A DNA stretch of 60,724 nt, counting the filler, from Dugesia japonica (Eukaryota): NCBI GenBank assembly GCA_001938525.1. It is 5 parts of 5 records of this genome, joined end to end, with 100 filler letters (N's around TTAATTAATTAA, not from the genome) between each part and the next. Parts side by side here need not be neighbours in the genome. Positions count along the whole stretch, not along the records: positions 1 to 18,516 come from MQRL01566300.1; 4 more parts are not named here. One strand, written 5' to 3'. Made by a program: the position numbers and the translations under genes. Of the stretch, positions 1-10,640 are shown piece after piece (position 1 is the first letter of the stretch; each line of letters begins with the position of its first letter). The notes under the pieces were generated by a model. That model saw only the letters and a list, made by a program, of their open reading frames with translations, made no database searches and was not told where the DNA came from.

Positions 1-2393
1 ATCATTTTAATTTTCATGATTTATTTTATTTAAGTAAAATAAATTATTTATTTTACTTTCGATGTTCATCTTAACTAATTGCTCATTTCTTTGTTCTTTC
101 CAATTTTAATTTCATTGTTTTTCTTCTATTAATTAATCAATTTTATTAATTCTTTCTTTCTTCCAGCATGATTCAATGTGATTTTCTTTATTTTTCCAAA
201 TTAATTGCTGGTNNNNNNNNNNNNNNNNNNNNNNNNNNNNNNNNNNNNNNNNNNNNNNNNNNNNNNNNNNNNNNNNNNNNNNNNNNNNNNNNNNNNNNNN
301 NNNNNNNNNNNNNNNNNNNNNNNNNNNNNNNNNNNNNNNNNNNNNNNNNNNNNNNNNNNNNNNNNNNNNNNNNNNNNNNNNNNNNNNNNNNNNNNNNNNN
401 NNNNNNNNNNNNNNNNNNNNNNNNNNNNNNNNNNNNNNNNNNNNNNNNNNNNNNNNNNNNNNNNNNNNNNNNNNNNNNNNNNNNNNNNNNCCTTATACAA
501 GTTTTGACCTTTTAATCCCATTTTGGTTTTCATAATTCTTCTCTCTGACTTGGCTATGCCCTTCAGGGGTCCGAATTCTTCATTTCCTTTTCTAATGTAG
601 ATCTTTCAAATTTAGTGTCTACCTACGCCATTATATTTGTCTTGATCTGGTGTTTCACCCCAACAATAGTATGATGGAATATATAATTATTAATGATTCA
701 ATTTCAAAGGAATCAGTTCAAGAAGTTGACTTGGCTGATATTCTACGTAAAAAATAATTGATTCATGACAATACACTTGATCAAACGAATAAAATTATAC
801 AAGTATATTATTTAATTTTTTACAATAATTTAATGTGTTTTCAGACTATTAATGCAAACCATCTCAAATGCGACCAAGAAAAATATGTATAATATAGAAA
901 ATTTATTTGTTTTGAAATATATCTTATAATTAAAATCATGTTATTATTTTGTATTTCAATTTTATTTATTGTTGGTTACTATTTTATAAATTTGAATTTG
1001 AATTGGAAGTGTTATTGTTACCAATAATGATATTTTAATATTTAATATTTTTATCAATGTAACTTTATTGTTATTCTAGGTTTTTCAGTGTAAACAGCTT
1101 GTAAAATATTTAACTATTTATATTATAAATACATATAAATACATATTATGAAATCTAATTAAAATTCGAAATTTTACTGTAAAATCTAGAACTTAAATTA
1201 AAATGTACAATTTAGAAATTCAAAGTTAACACCTGAATTTTTAAGCTAAACACGTGTGAAATCAAATTATGAGGAAGCATTTTAGCTATAAATCCATTAG
1301 ACTCTGTATACGTAGTTATTTTATTTTGGACTTGATATTGAATTTTTTACTATTGTCTTCTTCAGGAATATCATATCAGGAATATCATATCAAATTCAAA
1401 GCCATTTGTTCATTTTTACTGAGAAAATTTTAAAACAAAGTTAAAGTATTATGATGCACTACCCCATTTTTCTTACAATAGATATATAAACCCTACATGA
1501 AGGAAGTATTTTCAGAAAAAAAGCGTGCATATCTTCCTAACCTACTTNNNNNNNNNNNNNNNNNNNNNNNNNNNNTTGATCAAAAATTTTGATGCCGCAA
1601 GGGATAGGGTTTTCTGATGCGCTACCTATATTCCAGTGAGAATGAATCATTTTTACAAGTCAGTCTTTTGTACCAATGTATACAGTTTTTATTTTCAGCT
1701 GAATGATATAAAACTATTTTATAAATTATTATTATTTTAATTATAAATATAATTTATAAAAAAAAACGTAATTATATATTATCTTCTCAATGAAACATTT
1801 TTCACAATAAGTTCGTTTGTTATTTTTTGTTATAATTTGTTATTTTGAATTTAATGAATTAATAAATTTAATTTAATTTTATAACTATACGATTATCATT
1901 GACTGTAAAATTTTAAAACTTATTTTAATCCTGCTAACTTATTTTTTAATTCAGTAGTTGATTATTTTTCGTTGTTTCTTTTAAAGAATTAAAAATAGAG
2001 AAGTTATGTGACTATTCTTCTTGTTCTTCAAGTTTAAGACATAATCTTTTGTTTCTATCATCAAGAGGCGTCTTTGGATAACTTTTATTCTTATTCTGGA
2101 AGTTGATTTTGTTTACAATTATTTGAGCGAAAACAGCAATGTTGTTCATCATCAACTTCTAAAACAATAACTAAAATTATAAGAAAAAAAGCACAAACCC
2201 TACAAAGTAATAAAATCGTAAATTTTTTAGGTATCTTTAATATAAAAAACGAATTTGCGAGAACTTACGTGGATATTTTTAAAAAAAATATTCTTAAAAC
2301 TAAAAAATATATAAATTCTGCACTAAAATCGTCGTGTGTTACAAGTGTTTTTGAATAATAGTTTTTGAATTTTTTTTATGGCTATTACTTATG

Positions 2394-3090
2394 TTTTGGT
2401 TGTGGAATAAGTTCTGCATTATTTACATCAAAATCATCACAGTACTTCTCTGTATTGATAGTCTGACCACTTCAAAACAGCTAGTAATAAATAATCCCTT
2501 TCTAATCCCACTAAATGCATAACATCATCTTCTCGGAATGCAAATCTGGTATTGCTGTTGACCCTCACTCACAGGGATCGCACCATGACTGTTGACACTT
2601 AATGTTGTTCTAGACAACCCATTTGTTGTCCCTGGTTATCATCCGCTTCAGAAATGGGTCCAATGATTTCAATTTTAAGAGAGATTCACTAATCGCAATC
2701 GAATCAGAAATGTTCTTTTTGGACAATTCATGCAGGACTATCTTGGAGACTAAAATCTCCAGAATGGAAACCTGCAAACCATCTCTGGCAGGTAACAGAG
2801 TTTATGACTGAGTCACCATAAAAACTGCATATTTCGCGCTTATGCACCATTTACCTTTTTTTTGATTAAAATAAGTAAAACATGCATAAAATACGACTTT
2901 AAATATTCAGTTTGATTTGCTTCATTCATTCTGAAATTACGAATATTATAAAAAAAATTGTTATACAAATAAATTAGCGACAAACATATCCAGATATTAT
3001 TGAAACGATTTGGGATTGATAATTATTTCAATAACATTTGTATTTGAATTTAGTAATTGAAAATATTGTCGAACTTATTCCCCATCCCAA
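2394..3090 (-). mobile_element. Internally deleted mariner transposon remnant
   Basis: Minus strand 2440-2660 reads DPFLKRMITRDNKWVV..KMMLCI*WD*KGIIYY*LF*SGQTINTEKYC, a decayed mariner catalytic region. Imperfect TIRs: ttttggttgtggaataagttc at 2394 and gaacttattccccatcccaa ending at 3090, followed by TA. Confidence 0.85.
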
Positions 3091-3601
3091 TATATGATCA
3101 TTTCTATTAAATACTCAAAAGATTTTTTTCACTGTTTTTAAGTAAATTTAACTCCACTGTTTATAAATGAGAATTACAATAAGATAAAACATATTATTTA
3201 AAGTATCAATTTTTGTTTCATTTATTTCCTAAAATCTGAAATAAATGAAAAAATAATAAAAAAATCTTTTTTTTTTGAATTTTAAAACACTAAAAAATTA
3301 TTGTTTTACTTCTTAAACAAAATCATTTACTTAAACATATATAAAACATATGTATCAATACCCATAATTGATTAAATTTTAATTCAAAAAATGACTTTTG
3401 GTCACTTTTTTAGCATTTCTGCCTACTGTGCGCCGATTACAGCGAAGAACTTCGTGATCCCGTTATTCATCAACTCTTTTATCACCCTTACCTTTATCTT
3501 GAATCCAACATGTTAATTGTCCATATTCTTTTTTATATGCATGTGAAGTTAATACAAAATTTAACATAGTTTAAATTAATAATTGACAACCATTTTTTTT
3601 T

Positions 3602-3646
3602 ATTTGCTATCAATTTCGACGGAATAACCGTCATCGTCAGGCAATT
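3602..3646 (-). ncRNA. Minimal type I hammerhead ribozyme (Penelope-associated)
   Basis: Reverse complement reads ttgc CTGACGA t gacgg-ttatt-ccgtc GAAA ttga TA gcaa. This gives the core boxes, a perfect 5-bp stem II, a 4-bp stem I and the very short stem III typical of Penelope hammerheads. Confidence 0.75.
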
Positions 3647-3720
3647 AAACAAAATTAAAACAAACTTTTTTCAAAGTTTAAATGATTATATAATTTCAAT
3701 TGTGCAATCTCAATAAAAAT

Positions 3721-3990
3721 TCAATAAAATAATTTTAAGAGCGATGGGGAATCCGTCAACTGAACATTCATTTTAGGATTCAATGCTAAAGGTAAAACAA
3801 TTTTAGGATCTGTTTCTACAATCTCAGATGTATCAACACGTGACAAGTCACTATTAAGTTTATTCAAGGTTTCATAAACTAATTTGTCCGTAAACAATTT
3901 AGAATACCCATTATTATGAAGTAAGTCAATTAATTTTTTGAGGCACGACTGTAGTGCCTCATGTAGTCCAACATTTACAATTATTGGCAT
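3721..3990 (-). mobile_element. Penelope-like retroelement C-terminal remnant
   Basis: ORF contains LKKLIDLLHNNGYSKLF (NGYP-type motif after the RT thumb) and IVLP. A hammerhead lies directly downstream on the same strand. Confidence 0.6.
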
Positions 3991-4130
3991 TATTGTTAAA
4001 AATATTAGATTTAATTAAAATTATTATTTCAAAAAATTGAAATAACAGAATACGTTTTGTTTACTCGAGATAGTATTATTCTTATCATACATTAAATACG
4101 ATATACTATTTGTAAAATAATAATAATTAC

Positions 4131-4223
4131 CTCACATCTACTATCTCTGCACATATCAAACAATGCGACAATCATTTTTGGTTCTTTTTTCACTAGAGGT
4201 TCTAATACTTCTTTAATTGACAT
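4131..4223 (-). CDS. Possible exon of a caspase-fold (MALT1/paracaspase-like) gene
   Basis: 93-nt phase-0 segment flanked by ttttag and gtaatt. It encodes MSIKEVLEPLVKKEPKMIVALFDMCRDSRCE, resembling the paracaspase catalytic FLLDMCR motif. Other exons were not resolved. Confidence 0.4.
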
Positions 4224-5841
4224 CTAAAATCCAAAAAAATAAATATATATTTAAAGGATATATATTTTAAGTTATTAAAAATCAGAAATATATCATTCAC
4301 ATAGTGTAGGAGCAAAAGGTGAACTCAAAGCAACTTCATAAACTTGTTTGTACCATTCATTTTTAAACGAAAGATGTATATAAGACATAACAATTTTGGT
4401 AAGACATTTCCTCGGTATGATTGGTTTCAGATGATTTAGTTGATAATTTCCTCTGTGTGGTCAATTTTTGGATAATTTTAGTAAAAGTTGGCTCAACATA
4501 GTAAATTTTGGTCAAATTTAGGTGATTTTGTCTAAGTTGTCAAGTTTTTAAATTTCAGGAAATTTGAGGGGGAACTCTATTTTGTTTAACTATTTAAAAT
4601 TTTTTAAAAATAATTATAATATTTATGGGAATCTGGATGACGAATTCAAATTTAGAAAATTTTTTGGAAACTTTTTATCGAGATTTTTACATCATTCGAT
4701 GCAGAATTTTAATATTTTAATATTTTGTACTACATAAACACTTAAGTTTAAAATTCCTCGAATGGTTCAAAAGAATTCTGGCAAATGCTTAATACTTCTC
4801 GTGACGATTATTGTGCAATTCTTCTGATTTTATCCATTTTACGAAATTATTTTGGTATTTTATATTTAAAATGAGTTTTTTTCCAATTTCGGGATATTTA
4901 ATTGTTTGTGCGAGATTGTCCCGCGCATTTGCATCAATAACTGTAACTGATAAATCAAGACTTTCCTTATTTTCTTAAAATGCAAAGATTCAAAAATCTT
5001 TTTTTTACTAAATTGTTCGTTATTTCAACAAAGTCTTCATCAGTAACGATTGTTCAATTCATTCTAGACATAAAATCATAAATATAAACCCAATTCAAAT
5101 TAATTCTTATATTAATTAACATAATACATAGATATTCATCTTATTTATACTATTTTTGGAACAAAACAAGCTGACAGTTATTTTAGTAAAATTAAACATT
5201 ACATGAAAGTTATGTGAAGAATTTAAAAAAAAAGAATAATACAAAAAAATGAGACTATTAATTATTAATTAATAGTACTTTTAAAGTTAAATGCGAAAGA
5301 TTTCAACAGAAATAATATTATTAGAATAATCTTATTAGAAATGAGTTTATATTTAGTATTGAAATCTGAATAATTATTTAAGGTTTTCAGAAAATTATGT
5401 ATTTAAGAACTTCATAAACAGATGAGATCGATCTATTAACTAATTATGTTAAAATATATAAAGTACATTACAATATATCAACAAAAAATAACGTTTTCAT
5501 CAATCAATTCTAAATTATCTCCCATTTCCTTTCGAAATCCATGTCCAGCAAAATAAAAAAATATNNNNNNNNNNNNNNNNNNNNNNNNNNNNNNNNNNNN
5601 NNNNNNNNNNNNNNNNNNNNNNTTCTTGTACAGATCTCCAAAGCAAAATACCTAAATATGTTAATTTATAAATAATTAATTAAGAACCATTTAAGTTATA
5701 ATTCTTCATTATATCTTTATTAAATTAATGCTAAATTTATAAATATTTACTATTTGGTAGTAGGTAGATTGGTAAATTCAACCCCTCCCCACTTATCGAT
5801 ATATTGATTTACGTTCTGATTGATTATTGATTTTTGAAGTG

Positions 5842-6620
5842 ATTATTATTGATAGGCTAGTTTATTTTGAGTGCTGTGGGAAGGATAGGAAAGGAGGGTT
5901 TGAATTGATCAATCAAAAAGGTGAAGTCATGCTGAACAATTTATCGTATATTTGTTTTAATTAAGTTTAGTTACAGGGAATTTCAAATTTTTCTTTGTCA
6001 GAAAATTTAAAAAATAACAAAAAAAAATAAATAAAAGAAAAAGGAAAGAAAAGAAAAAAAGGAAAAAAACATAAATAAAATTTTAAATTTCCCGCCAAAT
6101 AAATTCCAGTCTGGCATTTCAAATTTTTCTTTGGCGCGAAATTTAAAATTTTGTTAATTTTTTCCCTGTTTTCTTTTTTTATCCTTTTCCTTTTATTTAT
6201 TTTTTTTCTTTGTCTTTCTTTATATTTTAAATTTTTTTAGGTTTCGATGATGTATTTGAATGGATCTTGTAAATCTGTATAGAATGTTTTTGAATAACTA
6301 TTTACAAAAATGTTGTTGTTAGTTACTGTGACAAGTTATCGGTTTTCAGTTTAAAAGGTCTAGTGTTGGAAGTTTTTGGTATTTTCTATGTGATGGTGCG
6401 TGTGTGTAAGTATATATTTTAAAAATGAAAATCGCGACAGAATGGGTGTCGGTTGATGATTTTTGTGTTTAGATAGTAGATTTTACTTGGCCATCGAAAT
6501 CGATCTATAGGTTGCCAAAAGTAACTATGAGCTAAAATGTTTGTGTGTTGTATGTATGCAGCTTCTGTGTTACAAAAATGAGTTTCAAGTATATTTTTAA
6601 GGTTTTATGAGATTGAACAA
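5842..6620. repeat. Left long inverted repeat
   Basis: For example gaaaatcgcgacagaatgggtgtcggttgatgatttttgtg (~6428-6468) is mirrored by cacaaaaatcatcaaccgacacccattctgtcgcgattttc (~8484-8524). Near identity extends over hundreds of bp. Confidence 0.95.
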
Positions 6621-7086
6621 TTATTAAACATGTTATCCACATATCCCTGAGAATATAAATTTTTAAGTCCAAGTATTACTAGTTTTCCTGTTAAGAACAC
6701 ATTTACACATAAAAGGTCATATTTTACCAGTCTTAGAGCAGGAAATAACTCTGATTCAAACCAACAGTTAACTATTCTTGCTAATTTATACAAATTAATT
6801 GAAGCGCAAATTTTAACGACAATTGTTAATGATTATAATTGTAAATTCTTTATATCACAGGGGTTAAAAGCATATGGTTCAAATGGTTTCTTACAACCCA
6901 TTATTCTACATTTTAATGATCTGAAGAATATAATTGTAAACTTATCATTTTGACTTGGAATTTTGGTTTAACTAAAGGAAAACTCATTTTCTTTGTTACT
7001 TCTTGTGATACTTCACCTGTATAGTTAATATTGATTATCATAATTAATGAATTAATAGGGAACATTGAAGTTTTGAGAGAATTCAT
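6605..7086 (-). pseudogene. Divergent TATA-binding-protein (TBP)-like gene; one frameshift (~6950), one internal stop (~6834)
   Basis: Reconstructed as IININYTGEV..FTIIFFRSLKCRIMGCK..IKNLQL*SLTIVVKICASINLYKLA..WFESELFPALRLVKYDLLCVNVFLTGKLVILGLK. This is colinear with the TBP motifs TALIFSSGKMVCTGAK, FKIQNMV..IRLEGL and YEPELFPGL..LIFVSGKVVLTGAK. Confidence 0.7.
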
Positions 7087-7151
7087 TTAATTGATTAGTT
7101 AAAACAAATATAAACAATGTACTAAATTAAAAAAATTAAAGATAAAACAAG

Positions 7152-7703
7152 ATGGAGGAATTAAGAAACAATGCAGTCTATCGAATTGTTAAACCAACTG
7201 GTAGTGGTCTGACTAAATCTGAGTTTTGTAATATTAAAATGAAAATTATAAATGATTTTGATACGAATTGAAGCAAAAAATTGAGACCAGGTGATGTTAT
7301 TGTTGTTGATGATCTGTATCAAGAGGCAAATAAAGAAAGCGATTTCAATAATTTATTCACAAAGATATCGAGACATCATAATGTTACTGTTATATTTATT
7401 ACTCAAAATCTATTTCATCAAGGAGGTAGTCACAAAACCCGCAATTGAAACGTACAAAATTTGGTTCTATTCAAAAATCATTGAGATCAGACTGTTGTTG
7501 ATTTTCTAGCAAGACAAGCATATCCAAATAACAGACAATTTCTTATTGAATAATTTCAAAATGCAACAAAAAATCCTCATGAATATTTATTTCTCGACTT
7601 TACTCAACAATGTCCAATTGACTATAGAGTGATAACTGATATATTTAGTCCAAATGTTATAACAGTGTATAAACAAATAGGAAATTTTCTTAATATTATA
7701 TAA
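7152..7703 (+). pseudogene. Polinton/Maverick-type (poxvirus A32-like, FtsK/HerA) DNA-packaging ATPase
   Basis: One frame with stops at 7269, 7446, 7482 and 7551. Motifs: Walker A-like KPTGSGLT, Walker B VIVVDDL, FTKISRHHNVTVIFITQNLF, LFKNH*D, LARQAYP and ATKNPHEYLFLDF. Confidence 0.9.
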
Positions 7704-7704
7704 A

Positions 7705-7902
7705 ATGGCAAAGTTTAAGAAAATTGTAGTTGATTCAGTTACTGATTGTGATGTTAAACAACGAAAAAAGTCTTTTGTTAAGAAAAAGACACGTTCGTAT
7801 AAGAAAAAATCCCATAAGAAGCAATTCCGTAAGAAAACATTTGCAAATAAAAAAATGCAATTGAATAAGTTTAAAAACCTTACAAAAAGAAGTGGAAAGT
7901 AA
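7705..7902 (+). CDS. Small Lys/Arg-rich basic protein (possible viral core/DNA-condensing protein)
   Basis: ATG lies 1 nt after the ATPase stop codon. The protein is very basic (KKKTRSYKKKSHKKQFRKK). Function is inferred only. Confidence 0.5.
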   Translation: MAKFKKIVVDSVTDCDVKQRKKSFVKKKTRSYKKKSHKKQFRKKTFANKKMQLNKFKNLTKRSGK

Positions 7903-8331
7903 CTAAAAAATAGAAAATGGATATCATTATAAACAATTCATTGCTATCTGTGCTTTATTGAAATAAAAATGAAATTAGAATTAGATTGTTTCAATTTTTT
8001 ATTTGTAATTTTCCTTGTAATCTTCATTGTCTTTTTTGCATATCTCAATTTTATTCAACATTTCATATTGCCGGAACGAGGTTTTCTTCAAGTCTGTCAT
8101 ATTTTTAACAAAATGAAATATAATTTAAATTTTCTCCTTATATACTTTTGATTTGTGTGTATGTGTTTAAAAAATATTAAAATGTTGTAATAAAAAATGT
8201 TTATTATTGTAAATAGTTTTTTCTTTTTTATAAGTGGTAAATATGTAAAAATATTAATCAATGCAATAAGGATGCAACACAGATGCAACACAGATGCAAC
8301 ACGCAATCACCCAAAATCATATCTATAATAA

Positions 8332-8953
8332 TGTTCAATTTCATAAAACCTTAAAAATATACTTGAAACTCATTTTTGTAACACAGAAGCTGCATGCATA
8401 CAACACACAAACATTTTAGCTCATAGTTACTTTTGGCAACCTATAGATCGATTTCGATGACCAAGTAAAATCTACTATTTAAACACAAAAATCATCAACC
8501 GACACCCATTCTGTCGCGATTTTCATTTTTAAAATATATACTTACACACACGCACCATCACATAGAAAATACCAAAAACTTCCAACACTAGACCTTTTAA
8601 ACTGAAAACCGATAACTTGTCACAGTAACTAACAACAACATTTTTGTAAATAGTTATTCAAAAACATTCTATACAGATTTACAAGATCCATTCAAATACA
8701 TCATCGAAACCTAAAAAAATTTAAAAAATAAAAAAAGACAAAGAATAAAATAAATAACAGAAAAAGAAAAAAGGGAAAAAATAAAATAAAATTGTAAATT
8801 TCGCGCCAAAGAAAAATTTGAAATTTCCCGTAACTAGGCTTAATTAAAACAAATATACGATAGATTGGTCAACATGACCTCACTTTTTTGATTGATCAAT
8901 TCAAACCCTCCTCTTACCCCAGCACTCAAAACAAACTAGTCTATCAATAATAA
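8332..8953. repeat. Right long inverted repeat
   Basis: Reverse complement of 5842-6620, lacking a ~135-bp segment present in the left copy. Confidence 0.95.
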
Positions 8954-9739
8954 TTTATATAAGTAAATATACTTTTTTAAAACAAAAAGATGCGTCATGA
9001 ATTTTCACACAACCTAATATCTGATAATACATCTTTTAATCTGGCATGTATAAATAGAAAACAAGAAAAATGTTAAAAATTATGTACCGTAAATCCTAAT
9101 TGGCGTAAAACACGTTCCAAATCGAATATATCAGTTTCCGGTGCTTTCAATTTTTGATTCTTTCGATAATTCATGATACCAACCAGTAACGCTATACGCT
9201 TCACTCCATCTAAAAAATTTGGACTACATTTTAGTCTAATAATCTAAAGATCACAATTTTAAATTTATAATTTATATATCGAATAATGTAACATTTATAA
9301 AAAAGATGTCTTACATTTTTTATGTGCAGGAATGATTTCTGGTATAAATAATGTCAATTAAAATCTCTGTGGAAAAATAAAGCAGATGGGAAAAATAATT
9401 GGTTGAAAATAAAGATCTAGTGTGTATAAACTTATAGAATGTAATATATAGCACAATAAGAAGTTATTTAAAACAAATTTTGATTAAAAATTTAAAGACG
9501 GTCACTAATCAAAATTTTAAAATGAGTCCTCATATCCTTATATTTAAGAATTTAACTGTATGTTTCTCATTATCACATCATTTTTTGGAGAACGCTGTAA
9601 CAATCAAGTTTAATATTTAAATCATAACGATTAAATTAAAAATTTCATATAAATAAAAGCTGGAAAATTTAGTTATCTTTGAACGAAGTGAAACACCGTG
9701 AAACAAATATAACAAAAAAGTACATTACAAAAAGCACTT

Positions 9740-10640
9740 GCAATCTTCTTCTCAGCTTTGAGGATAATTTTAGAAGATACATCTATGGTTCAGATATATA
9801 GACGATATTTTCTTTGTTACTGATTCTCCTTACGAAAATATTTTAGAACTAGCCAATAGAATTTAATGATAACATCAAATTCACTTTAGAGAAGTCAATC
9901 GACTTTCAGATTCCTTTTCAGGACACCTTAATCCAAAAGAAATCTGGTAAATTAATAATTAACCACTTATATATGAAACAATTTCACAGTGCACATATAT
10001 TACACTGGAGTAGTAATCCTACCATCAGACAAATAATTGGAATAATCAAGGGAGAAAGAATAAGAGCTGAAAGACTATTCAAATGAAGAAATAAGATTAA
10101 CTTCTCTCAAGTTGATAAAAAATAAATTTCTAAATAATGGCTATCCAAATAGAATTGTATCTAAATATCTATCCTCGAATACAAAATTTAATAAAATCAA
10201 ACAAAAGACAAACACTAATGAGTAATGTAGCCAAATCATGCAAAATATAATTAAAAAATCGAAACTAAAACACAATCCAAGAATTATATTTAAAACGCAA
10301 GCACCTTTGGGTATCCTATTACAGAAACCAAGGCAGACTTTTTGTGGTCTCAAATGCATTTGTGATTGTAGAAATATATGCAATAAAAAAAATATCACTT
10401 ACAAAATAACATGCACCTCATGTAAAGATACATATATAGGAGAAACAAGCAGAACCATCCGTACAAAAATGTGAAGTCTTCAAACACTTTTAAAACAAAC
10501 ATAATATTTTAACAGAAAATCATCATATTACAAAAACATTAGGAACAAGCTACATTTCTACACTTAACAGAAAAAAACATGAACAAATATTAATTAAAGA
10601 GGAGAAACCTAAGATTAACGTGATTCTCAATAATTACAAT
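9740..10640 (+). mobile_element. 5'-truncated Penelope-like retroelement (RT + GIY-YIG), decayed
   Basis: RT motifs WFRYIDDIFF (~9786), IKFTLE, IPFQD, LHWSS and FLNNGYP. GIY-YIG region CNKKNITYKITCTSCKDTYIGETSRT (ORF 10238-10474). Confidence 0.9.

Larger units (their letters stand above)
5759..8953. mobile_element. Small Polinton/Maverick-related element with long inverted repeats (TBP-like + packaging ATPase + basic protein)
   Basis: About 5842-6620 is the reverse complement of about 8332-8953. The ~1.7-kb interior holds three recognisable genes. A possible Polinton-like AGTAG terminus lies at 5759; the right terminus appears truncated. Confidence 0.75.

Noticed and set aside
168-533. ORFs spanning N runs (also near 20704, 25582-25880, 26487-26789, 38099, 54929)
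   Set aside because: These are artefacts of translating gaps.
706-892. Two small plus-strand exon-like segments with a ~42-nt GT-AG intron
   Set aside because: There is an in-frame stop and no recognisable homology, so support is insufficient.
7291-7509. Listed 72-aa ORF
   Set aside because: It is an off-frame shadow of the ATPase pseudogene, whose true frame starts at 7152.
7152-7703. Stop-codon reassignment to explain in-frame stops in mobile-element genes
   Set aside because: The stops are of mixed types and accompanied by frameshifts elsewhere, while host genes read cleanly in the standard code. Ordinary pseudogenisation explains them.
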